A stretch of DNA of 64,000 nucleotides, from NCBI GenBank assembly GCA_035653735.1, contig DASRBG010000052.1, forward strand, positions 4,990 through 68,989, given 5' to 3'. The stretch's first letter is position 1, and every line of letters begins with the position of its first letter. The stretch comes from Gemmataceae bacterium (lineage in GTDB: Bacteria > Planctomycetota > Planctomycetia > Gemmatales > Gemmataceae). Both the position numbers and the translations under genes were made by a program. This document shows positions 34,786 to 42,936 of the stretch, piece after piece. The notes beneath the pieces are model-generated. The model was given only the letters and a program-made list of their open reading frames with translations, was not told the origin of the DNA and searched no databases.

Positions 34786-35913
34786 TCACAGCGGAGGAGC
34801 GATCAATTTGCCGGCGACGGGATGTTCCCATAGTTTCTTGCCGGTGGACAAGTCGATCGCCTTGAGGATCTGCGGTTGCTCGTTCGGCTGATCGAGCGGA
34901 CCGCGGAGTGTCCCAGGCACCAGGTAGAAAACGCGCTTACCCAAAACGACGATGGCGTGCATGCCGGCCTCATCCGGGATGCGGCCAAGAGGCTCGCCCG
35001 TCTGCACCGAGTACAAATGCCAAAAGCTCGGCTTTTTCTTGGGCATCAAAGAGCCATGCTCGTCGGGACCGGGGGTAGACTCGTGAAGACAAAGGACGCG
35101 CTCATCCAGGGTTGTCCGGACCTGCAAGCGTTTGCCCCTCAGCAGTTCCTTGGGCTGCTGCTCCTTCTCGCTTTGCCGGTCCCACGTGTGAAGGACGAAG
35201 CGCTGCTGTCCGTTCTCTTCCTCCAGAGCGAGCACTTTCGAGTATTGCCCAACCAGTCCTTGCCAGCGCAAGGCCTTTTTTTCCAAATGCTCCGGAAGCA
35301 TCGGCGGGGGCGGCAGCTGCTTCTTCTGGGCGGGAAGGATCTCGATCTGCCCGGTGCGAAGCTCGATATGGGCTGTGCCGCTGGCGTGCTTGCGCGCGGC
35401 TAATTCCTCTTCCGGCGTGGCTTGAGACCCACCGGCGTACCAGGCGCTCGCCTCCCATTCCAGCACGAGGTGATGCTTGGCCAGATGCCAGTTTGCCACG
35501 AACGAATGGCCGTGCGCCTCACCTGTCACGACCCAAGCCGGGAAGACAATCGGATCGGATTCGAAATCGCATTCGCCGTTGCGTTTCACATCAAGACGAA
35601 GAATGCGCAGACGATTGCGTTTGGTTCCCGCCTGGGCGATCAAGTGATGACCATCCAGAAGCAGCGGCCGTTGCGCCTCGTGCGTTTGCCACAGCACTTT
35701 GCCGTGCGCCAGATCGATGCACTCGATACCGCCCGTCGCGCTGGCGAAAAAGCCGGTACGCCCCTTTTCATCCGCGATCCCCTCGGGCAGGCGAATGGAA
35801 GCCGCGGCCGCATCCGAAATGAGCCAAAGATGAATACAGATAAACACGGAGGAGCGCGAAAAAAAAGGAAGTTTTCGCAATGGCAACGTGAGTTTGGTCT
35901 TAGTCGTTCTCAT
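34786..35913 (-). CDS. secreted hypothetical protein (possible beta-propeller)
   Basis: 375-aa ORF with coding-like codon usage. GKVLWQT and GKKLWEHPV segments recall PQQ/BamB-like blades. The N-terminal hydrophobic stretch [12 protein letters not shown] is encoded by a repeat element (see 35824..35939). Confidence 0.6.
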   Translation of the reverse strand: MRTTKTKLTLPLRKLPFFSRSSVFICIHLWLISDAAAASIRLPEGIADEKGRTGFFASATGGIECIDLAHGKVLWQTHEAQRPLLLDGHHLIAQAGTKRNRLRILRLDVKRNGECDFESDPIVFPAWVVTGEAHGHSFVANWHLAKHHLVLEWEASAWYAGGSQATPEEELAARKHASGTAHIELRTGQIEILPAQKKQLPPPPMLPEHLEKKALRWQGLVGQYSKVLALEEENGQQRFVLHTWDRQSEKEQQPKELLRGKRLQVRTTLDERVLCLHESTPGPDEHGSLMPKKKPSFWHLYSVQTGEPLGRIPDEAGMHAIVVLGKRVFYLVPGTLRGPLDQPNEQPQILKAIDLSTGKKLWEHPVAGKLIAPPL

Positions 35914-35939
35914 TTGTGTTCATCTGTGTTTATCTGTGG
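35824..35939. repeat. palindromic element, CACAGAT(A/G)AA variant related to family B
   Basis: Arms 35824..35847 and 35916..35939 pair over 24 positions (2 mismatches, 2 G-T). The 68-nt loop contains the start codon (35913..35911) and about 21 codons of 34786..35913. Confidence 0.7.
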
Positions 35940-36021
35940 CTAATTTATTGGAGGCTTATCGCTTTTATCGACCGGCGGATCGAAATTGTGAGCGAAAAAT
36001 CCGGCACGGTGCTAGCGCTCC

Positions 36022-36096
36022 GAGCCGCGCACGCAGCGCAGCGGAGTAAGCGGCACAGGTAGCCCCGCTTACTCCGCATCGCTGCGTGCGCGGCTC
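36022..36096. repeat. palindromic element family E, copy 3
   Basis: 32-bp stem (36022..36053 / 36065..36096) with two adjacent uncompensated mismatches and an 11-nt loop. The right arm overlaps the stop codon (36095..36097) of the Omp85-like gene. Confidence 0.85.
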
Positions 36097-39000
36097 AGAA
36101 AGGATGCTCGATGCCGGCCCAGATTTGCATGGGTGCGGCGCTGTTGACGGTTTTGGCCGCGTCGAGACGGAAGATGGTGCGTTCCACGAAGGTGAACCAA
36201 GCCACGTCCAGGCGCAGACCCGCGCCGACGGCCTCCGTGATGCCGCCGACCGATTGGCCGCTCAGATACACGTCGCCCACATCGCAAAAGGTCGCCGCAT
36301 AAATGCCACGCACATTCAAGGCGTGGTCGAAGCAGCTCCAGTTCAGGTTGCGAATCACGGGGAAACGCCATTCTAAGCTGCCGACCCAGAGCGCGCTTCC
36401 CTGCCGTTGCGCCAGACTGAAGCCGCGGAACAGCTCGCTGCCGCCCAGGGCGAAATACTGAACATAGTTGGGCAAACCAAATGCCCCATAGGCGCGGAAC
36501 GCCAAAACGGTATCCGACAACCAGCCAAGACCGTCGGGCATGGCTTGCACGTAGGTCGCCTGTCCCAGCAATTGATGAGAGCCGCTGAGTCCGAATGTCT
36601 GATTTGGAGGCGTATTCGGCGTCTGCTCCCCCGGCAAAACGAGGCCGGCGGCATAACTGATGTCGGCCGAAAAACCGCCTTCGGGGTTCCAGTAGGGCGT
36701 CAGGTAATTGATGTGGTAGTGGGCGCCGCCGATACCTTGATGGCTAAAGCGCTCCGCCCCCGGCACGCTTTCGATCGCCGTCGGCAGCAGGTTGTCCTGG
36801 ATGGTGACAAAGCTCTCCACGTACTGAAACGGCGGCAGATACAGGCTATCGCCGTAATCGATGACGTAGCGCCCATAGGCGACCCAGCGGTTGGCCGGAG
36901 TCTCTCCGGCGTACGTTCCCGCGATGCGGCGCTCGTAGACGAAGCCGGCCTCCGTGTGCGGCCAGGGGAAATGATCGAAGGTAGCATCGACGCCTTCGAC
37001 GAAATCGCGGTAGTCGGTACGGTAGGCGGAATAAACGCCGCCCTCGAAAGCGGCCGTGCGGTAAGCGCCTGCCCGGACACCAAAGCGGGTCGAGCGCGTG
37101 AACCACGGATTGTCGTAGGTCGGCGCGAAGATCCACGGTCCGAGGATGAAATTCCAGCGGTCGTAAGCGTTGGTCAGGTCCGTCTCATCGAGAAACGTGT
37201 ACAGCGGCGTGGCGCGGAGGCGGAAGCGCGGTTTCCAGTAATTGTTCACCGGATTGCGATCGACCAGGACTTCATCGGGATCGACCGCGATTTGCGTCGG
37301 CCAGCATGGCAGCTCCACTTCGATTTTAACGCGATTTTTTTCCAGCGTCTCGACGCGGCCGGGTGGATCAGTGGTCTCGACCAGGCCGGCCTCCGGTGCG
37401 ACTGGGATGCGCACTTGAAAGCCCTCGCCACCGTCGAGGCAGAAGCCAACGACGGTGGGATCGTTGTAGTCTGCCTTTTGCTTCACGATGACCGTGACCT
37501 TGCAAGGAGTCTTGGGCCGGAACCAGCTGCGAATGGCCGCGCTGTAGCAGTGATAGGTCAATGGGAGCCGGCGCGAGCGACCGCTCGGCAGCGCCTGGAT
37601 GCTGACCTTCTCGATGCACCAGTCCGTCAGGCCCGCGCCATAAACCCAGTGATCGAAAAAGGTCTTCCACGATTTGTGCGTATATTCTTCGAGATCCCGT
37701 TGGAAATCGGCGACGCGCAGGATGCCGAAGGCGTGCCGTCGATAGACGAGGTACATGAAATCGAAGAATGCTTTCTCGCCCAACTCGTGCTCGATCATGC
37801 CGACGATTTTGCTGCCGCGTTCGTAGCACATGCTGTACAGATCGACGATATGTCCAAATTTTGGAATGTCTTGCACGGTCGGCGCCGCCTCCGCGCGAGC
37901 AAGGGTGCCGTATAAGTTGAAATAGCGGTAATCGTTGCGATGTACGTTGGGCAGCCATTTGAGACCTGTCGGGTAGCTTACAAGTGGGTCGTTGGCCCCG
38001 TACTTGGTTTTCATGAGGCGGTAGGCGAAATAGGTGGCCAGCCCCTCGTCCATCCAGGTTTCGCTGTAGCCGTGCGTGCCGACGACGTTGTACCACCATT
38101 GATGGCACGTGGCCTGAGAGACCAGGTAATCGACGAACGCCTTGGCCAGGTGCGGCATGTCGAAGATGCGCGAGTCGATCATGATCAGGCCGGCGCACTC
38201 GTTACTGTTCCAGCCGAAATGCGATTCGACGATGGTAAATTGCTTATACGGATAAGGACCGAACCACTGGCTATAAGCGGTCAGGGCGGCGCGTGCGCTT
38301 TCCACCATGAAACGAGCGTAATGTTCGTTCTTCGGCGCGGCCAGGCAGCGGATTTTGATGTGCCCGCACTGTCCCGTGAACTCTTGAAAGCGATCACTGC
38401 ACACGATGGCGAAGTCGCGAGCGAAACAGGGCGCGAACTCTAACTGCCGCCGTCCGTCAATAAGCGGATCGTCCCGCGCCACCTCGGCAGTGCAGGCGAC
38501 GTGTTGCCCGCGCGGCAAGGTAAGGCGCACCGTGAACAAACCCGCCTCGTTGAAGAATGGCTGATGCCAGCAGACATAGGGCGTCGGCTGCCAGCCCTTG
38601 TCGTCGTAAAATGCCAGTACCGGGAGCCAGTTTGTCAGGAAGGTGATCCCCTGCCAATGGCCCCAACGTCCACATTTCTCCGGTAGTTTCAAAACGAATT
38701 CCAGATCGAGCGTGATCGTCTCGCCTTGACGAACCGGCCGCGGCAGGGGAACGACCAGAGCGGAATCGTTTTTTTCGTCATAGTGGAAAGGCAAGCCCTC
38801 CTCGGCACCCCCAGCCGGCTGACGCCGGCCGTTCGTCGGAGCATCCAATAGCCGAGGCGGAGGCAGCTGCGAATCGATGGATTGATACGCCACTTTTCGC
38901 GGTCGTCCTAACTCTTCCGCATCCTCGACCCGCTCCAGCCTCACCAGACGCACCGTGCGGACATCGAGAGCGTGTCCCTCGAAATCGAGCGATTCGCTGG

Positions 39001-39298
39001 GCATCATGCGCAAGATCTCGAAAATCTTGGCCGTCATGCCCACGTCCTTATCCGGCAGCCGGTAGTGGCTGTGCGCGTTGAAAATCAGCTCGGCTGCCGG
39101 CCGGGCGCAGTTATTCGTCCAGACGATGCGCTGGCGGACCACGGCGGTATGTTCGTCGGTGTCGAGTTGGATGTCCAGGTAATAGCGCGGCAGATTGGGA
39201 GGCACGGCAGCCCATGCCGAGTTGGCGAACAGGGCAAGGGCCGACAGGCTGAGCACAAGGCACAGGCAGGTGCGCAGGTAGAACGTGGATCCAAACAT
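36095..39298 (-). CDS. outer-membrane protein: M1-peptidase-like domain (degenerate zinc site) fused to an Omp85/BamA-TamA-type beta-barrel
   Basis: The signal peptide starts at MFGSTFYLRTCLCLVLSLSALALFANSAWA (ATG 39298; the ORF opens at 39391). The M1 layout is present with QATCH-X18-E in place of HExxH-X18-E (nt 38045..38116). The C-terminal third has Omp85 hallmarks (LGGSELFRGFS ... GSLEWRFPV ... FCDVGDVY ... GAGLRLD ... IWAGIEHPF, with a terminal Phe). Confidence 0.85.
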   Translation of the reverse strand: MFGSTFYLRTCLCLVLSLSALALFANSAWAAVPPNLPRYYLDIQLDTDEHTAVVRQRIVWTNNCARPAAELIFNAHSHYRLPDKDVGMTAKIFEILRMMPSESLDFEGHALDVRTVRLVRLERVEDAEELGRPRKVAYQSIDSQLPPPRLLDAPTNGRRQPAGGAEEGLPFHYDEKNDSALVVPLPRPVRQGETITLDLEFVLKLPEKCGRWGHWQGITFLTNWLPVLAFYDDKGWQPTPYVCWHQPFFNEAGLFTVRLTLPRGQHVACTAEVARDDPLIDGRRQLEFAPCFARDFAIVCSDRFQEFTGQCGHIKIRCLAAPKNEHYARFMVESARAALTAYSQWFGPYPYKQFTIVESHFGWNSNECAGLIMIDSRIFDMPHLAKAFVDYLVSQATCHQWWYNVVGTHGYSETWMDEGLATYFAYRLMKTKYGANDPLVSYPTGLKWLPNVHRNDYRYFNLYGTLARAEAAPTVQDIPKFGHIVDLYSMCYERGSKIVGMIEHELGEKAFFDFMYLVYRRHAFGILRVADFQRDLEEYTHKSWKTFFDHWVYGAGLTDWCIEKVSIQALPSGRSRRLPLTYHCYSAAIRSWFRPKTPCKVTVIVKQKADYNDPTVVGFCLDGGEGFQVRIPVAPEAGLVETTDPPGRVETLEKNRVKIEVELPCWPTQIAVDPDEVLVDRNPVNNYWKPRFRLRATPLYTFLDETDLTNAYDRWNFILGPWIFAPTYDNPWFTRSTRFGVRAGAYRTAAFEGGVYSAYRTDYRDFVEGVDATFDHFPWPHTEAGFVYERRIAGTYAGETPANRWVAYGRYVIDYGDSLYLPPFQYVESFVTIQDNLLPTAIESVPGAERFSHQGIGGAHYHINYLTPYWNPEGGFSADISYAAGLVLPGEQTPNTPPNQTFGLSGSHQLLGQATYVQAMPDGLGWLSDTVLAFRAYGAFGLPNYVQYFALGGSELFRGFSLAQRQGSALWVGSLEWRFPVIRNLNWSCFDHALNVRGIYAATFCDVGDVYLSGQSVGGITEAVGAGLRLDVAWFTFVERTIFRLDAAKTVNSAAPMQIWAGIEHPF

Positions 39299-39398
39299 TG
39301 CCGTCCTGAGATACCGTCCGCAGGACCGAATCACGATAGGGCTAAGCGTGGTGGTCGCATACCATGCCAGCGGAGGATTTGTCCAGGGCAATCTCGGA

Positions 39399-39493
39399 AG
39401 AAAGTGAGGAGTGAGGAGTGAGGAATGAGGGGAAGAAGAGATGCCGGTATTTGTTTTTTCTCCTCACTCCTCACTCCTTACTCCTCACTTTCT
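39399..39493. repeat. palindromic element family F (GTGAGGA heptamer arrays)
   Basis: Stem 39399..39438 / 39454..39493 is 40 positions with one mismatch and a few G-T pairs. The left arm has three GTGAGGA units. It lies in the divergent region between 36095..39298 and 39608..42853. Confidence 0.85.
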
Positions 39494-39577
39494 ACTCCGC
39501 GTTGACGCGACAACGGCCAAACCGTACTATCCGCTCGCTTTTTCTCGTTGTCGCGCGCGGCGCGGCAAGGAGGGCAA

Positions 39578-39607
39578 ACTCAGGATTCAGGACTCAGAAC
39601 TCCGAAC
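39578..39607. repeat. one-armed heptamer array abutting a start codon
   Basis: ACTCAGG ATTCAGG ACTCAGA ACTCCGA AC ends at the nucleotide before the ATG at 39608. The unit is the complement of the family D heptamer. Confidence 0.7.
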
Positions 39608-42600
39608 ATGACCTGGCGGAAATGGCTTGTCCGAAGTCTGGTCTTCTCCGTTTTGGGTCTGGCGATCCTCGTCGCACTGCTCTACGAGGCGTGGACCAAT
39701 CCCGCCGCCGTTCGCCGTCAGGTGCTTGCCAAGCTCCACAAGATCTTCATCGGCGCAACGGTCAATATCGATACCGCCCGGCTGCGCCTGCTCGGCGGCA
39801 TTGGCGTCCGCGATCTACGCATGGCGCGGCGCGACGAACTTGACCGCGGCGATTTCCTCTACGTTCCTTCCGCCGTCATCTATCACGACAAGGAGCACCT
39901 GCTCGATGGCACGCTCGGCGTTCGCAAGATCGAGCTGGATCGGCCGCGCGTCCGCGTCGTGTGCGAACGGGATGGGCGGATCAACCTCTCCGGCCTGCTT
40001 GCCCCCCCCGATCTCAACGAACGAGTGCCAACCCTAATTGTCCGCCGAGGCGTTCTTGTCATTGAGGACCGGCGAGGCCCCTCTCCCACGGTGCTGTTGG
40101 AAATCAAGGATCTCAACCTGACCGTCGTCAACGATCCGCTGTCCACCCTTGTCATCAAAGGGAACGGCCAGAGCGATGCCCTCGGCGCGGTGCGGATTGA
40201 TGCTCGCTTTTATCGTCCTAGCGATGCGGCCAGCGCGGTCGTGGAATTGCCCGAAGTGCCGGTTGGTCCGCCGTTGGTGCAGCGGTTCGTCGGTTTGTGT
40301 CCCGATTGCGCCCGCCACATCCGGGAACTGAGCGGTACCGCTCGCGTTCAGGCGACGTTGGTCTACCGGCCCGGGGCCGGCGCCGCCGAGCCGTTCACCT
40401 ACGATGTCAACTTCGAGTTGAACAAAGGGGAATGGCGACACGAATGTTTGCCCTCGCCGCTTGAGAACATTCACGCCAAGCTGCGCTGCATCAATGGCCG
40501 AATCCCTCACGCCGAGTTGCAGTCGCGGCTCGATGGGGCGAACGTCAAGTTGGATCTGTGGGACGTGGTGTTGCGAGAGCAGGCTCCCAACTGCATCCAG
40601 GACATGGTCGCCAAACTGGAGGCGAAGGTTGAGCATCTCACGGTGACGCCGAGGGTTTTCGAGCACTTGCCGCCGGTGTGCCAGAAGATTCAAAAGACCT
40701 ATAATCCGGCCGGCCCCGTTAGCTTGACCTATCAATTCTATCGCCCTGATGCGGAACGCTGGGAAAAACACTGGACCATAGAACCCGAAGGCATGACGGC
40801 AGAGTTCGAGGACTTTCGCTATCCCATTGAAGGCGTGACCGGCCGCGTCACTCTGGATCAGTCCAGCGGCTGCGACGACTTGATCCAGGTCGATCTGTCC
40901 GGCCGAGGTGCCGATCGTCCCGTCAAGGTAAACGGCTTCATCAAGGGAGACAAGACCAGCGAGGTCGATCTGGTCATCGCCGCGGACGATGTGCCGATCG
41001 ATCACCAGCTGATGAAAGCTTTGCCGGAAAAGAGCCGCGAATTGGCGCGCACGTTCCTACCCTCGGACAGCCGGGAGCTAGGCTTGTCGGAGCAACCCCT
41101 AGGACAGGTGCAGCCGGCGGGACTGGCGAACATCAAGGTGTTCGTTCGCCGCACACGTGGCCAGGAGGCTTTCGCCAACCGTTATCTCATCGCTTTTCAC
41201 GATTCCTCCCTGAAATACGACCTCTTCCCGTATCCGCTGGAGAAGGTGACGGGCGTTCTGGACATTCAACCGGATCACTGGGAATGCCGCGATTTCCATG
41301 GCAGCCATAAGGGGGGCGAAATTTGGGTGGAGGGATCGAACGACGGCCGGAGCGCGGGCGTCCCGCCCGCATCGAGCAGGAGCGCGGCCGAAACGCCCGC
41401 ACCGAGCGGTCGAGACGCCCGCGCTCCGAAGCATGAATGCGTGCAGGTCGCTATCCGCGGCAAGGACATTCTCCTCGATCCGGAGTTCGAGCAAGCATTG
41501 TCGCCGGAGAAGGTGCCGGGGCGGGCCGCGCTGCGCAACGCCTGGGCGATGCTGGCCCTGCGAGGCCGGCTCAGCTTCGAGTCGATCGTCCTCGATCGAC
41601 CGGATCAGCCGCAGGACATTGATGTCGCCGTGGACATCAAAGGCTGCTCCATGCAGCCGGACTTCTTTCGCTACGCCATGACCGACGTCAGCGCGGGCAT
41701 CCGCTATAAGCAGGGGCGCGTCTACGTCAAGGATGTCAGCGCCAAGCACGGCTCCGGCAAGCTGGGATTGAAGGAAGCCACGATCGTCCTCAAACCGTCT
41801 AGTGGTTTCACGGCCTGGTTCACGGACATCACCGGCGAAGATCTGTTGCCCGATGAGGAATTTCTACGAGCCTTGCACCCGGCCTTGAGGCACGGATTGG
41901 AGCCTTTGCAGATCCGCAAACCGCTCCAAGTCAAAACGAAGCTGGTCCTGGATGCGCCGACGGTCCCGGGCGAACCGATGAAAATCTGGTGGGACGGCGG
42001 CGCCGCCTTGCACAAGCAGCTCTTTCAGACAGGCGTGGAAGTGAGCGACGTGGACGGCATCATCTGGTGCGACGGCCATCACAATGGCCGGCAATTCGAT
42101 TACATCAAGGGACATATCGTTCTCGATCGCGCCACGATCCTCGGCCAACCGTTCACCAAATTGCAGGGCCGCATCAAGGTCGCCCCCGAAACGCCGGACA
42201 TTTTGTCGCTATACGATCTCTCGGCCAACGTATTCGGCGGCTTTGTCGGCGGCGAAGCGCGCTTCTTGTTCAGCTCGCCGTTGCGTTACGAGGTAAATCT
42301 CCATGCCCTGAACGTGCAGCTGGAACAGTTCGGCAAACACAATCAGCTCGGCGCCGACGCTCAGCTTCAGGGACCGGCTAGCGCCGGTCTCTACCTGACC
42401 GGCGAAGGCACCGACCTAAGCGGACTCAAGGGCAACGGCCGAGTCGATGTGGCTCGCGGCAAGATGTATCGGCTGCCGTTGCTGCTCGATCTGCTCAAGG
42501 CGTTCGGTCTGCGCATGCCGGACCGAACGGCCTTCGAGCAGGCCCACATGGTTTTCGGCATAGAGGGTCCGCAAATGCGCATTCACAGCCTGGACCTGTA

Positions 42601-42853
42601 CGGCAATGCCATCAGTCTGCGTGGCCAGGGCACCCTCAATATCGTTGATGGCAGCAATCTCAATCTCGATTTCAGTGCCGACCCGGGCCGCATGCCGCAG
42701 TTGCTGCCGCCGGTCATCAGCGATCTCTCACAAGCGGTGAGCGATCAGCTCTTCAAAATCAAGCTGCGCGGCAAACTCAGTTCGCCGCACTTCGAGAAGG
42801 AGTTTGTGCCCGGCGTGGTCGATCCGATTAAGCGGGTGTTTGGGAAATCGTAA
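39608..42853 (+). CDS. AsmA-family / TamB-like large envelope protein
   Basis: MTWRKWLVRSLVFSVLGLAILVALLY is an N-terminal anchor, followed by about 1000 aa of beta-rich sequence. The C-terminus (LDLYGNAISLRGQGTLNI...LNLDFSADP...LFKIKLRGKLSSPHF) is like AsmA/TamB C-terminal regions. The ORF opens at 39548, but the anchor-proximal ATG is at 39608. Confidence 0.75.
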   Translation: MTWRKWLVRSLVFSVLGLAILVALLYEAWTNPAAVRRQVLAKLHKIFIGATVNIDTARLRLLGGIGVRDLRMARRDELDRGDFLYVPSAVIYHDKEHLLDGTLGVRKIELDRPRVRVVCERDGRINLSGLLAPPDLNERVPTLIVRRGVLVIEDRRGPSPTVLLEIKDLNLTVVNDPLSTLVIKGNGQSDALGAVRIDARFYRPSDAASAVVELPEVPVGPPLVQRFVGLCPDCARHIRELSGTARVQATLVYRPGAGAAEPFTYDVNFELNKGEWRHECLPSPLENIHAKLRCINGRIPHAELQSRLDGANVKLDLWDVVLREQAPNCIQDMVAKLEAKVEHLTVTPRVFEHLPPVCQKIQKTYNPAGPVSLTYQFYRPDAERWEKHWTIEPEGMTAEFEDFRYPIEGVTGRVTLDQSSGCDDLIQVDLSGRGADRPVKVNGFIKGDKTSEVDLVIAADDVPIDHQLMKALPEKSRELARTFLPSDSRELGLSEQPLGQVQPAGLANIKVFVRRTRGQEAFANRYLIAFHDSSLKYDLFPYPLEKVTGVLDIQPDHWECRDFHGSHKGGEIWVEGSNDGRSAGVPPASSRSAAETPAPSGRDARAPKHECVQVAIRGKDILLDPEFEQALSPEKVPGRAALRNAWAMLALRGRLSFESIVLDRPDQPQDIDVAVDIKGCSMQPDFFRYAMTDVSAGIRYKQGRVYVKDVSAKHGSGKLGLKEATIVLKPSSGFTAWFTDITGEDLLPDEEFLRALHPALRHGLEPLQIRKPLQVKTKLVLDAPTVPGEPMKIWWDGGAALHKQLFQTGVEVSDVDGIIWCDGHHNGRQFDYIKGHIVLDRATILGQPFTKLQGRIKVAPETPDILSLYDLSANVFGGFVGGEARFLFSSPLRYEVNLHALNVQLEQFGKHNQLGADAQLQGPASAGLYLTGEGTDLSGLKGNGRVDVARGKMYRLPLLLDLLKAFGLRMPDRTAFEQAHMVFGIEGPQMRIHSLDLYGNAISLRGQGTLNIVDGSNLNLDFSADPGRMPQLLPPVISDLSQAVSDQLFKIKLRGKLSSPHFEKEFVPGVVDPIKRVFGKS
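41348..41428. repeat. family I palindromic element inside the TamB-like CDS (exactly 27 codons)
   Basis: 15-bp perfect stem CGGAGCGCGGGCGTC (41348..41362) / GACGCCCGCGCTCCG (41414..41428). Both boundaries fall on codon boundaries of the CDS that starts at 39608. It is translated as RSAGVPPASSRSAAETPAPSGRDARAP. Confidence 0.8.
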
Positions 42854-42936
42854 ATCTCAAAATGGGTCTCAAGTTCTCCTCCTTGACGGGCCGATGATAC
42901 GAAGACGCGCGCTTGCCGCGCGGAACGGAGGTTGGC

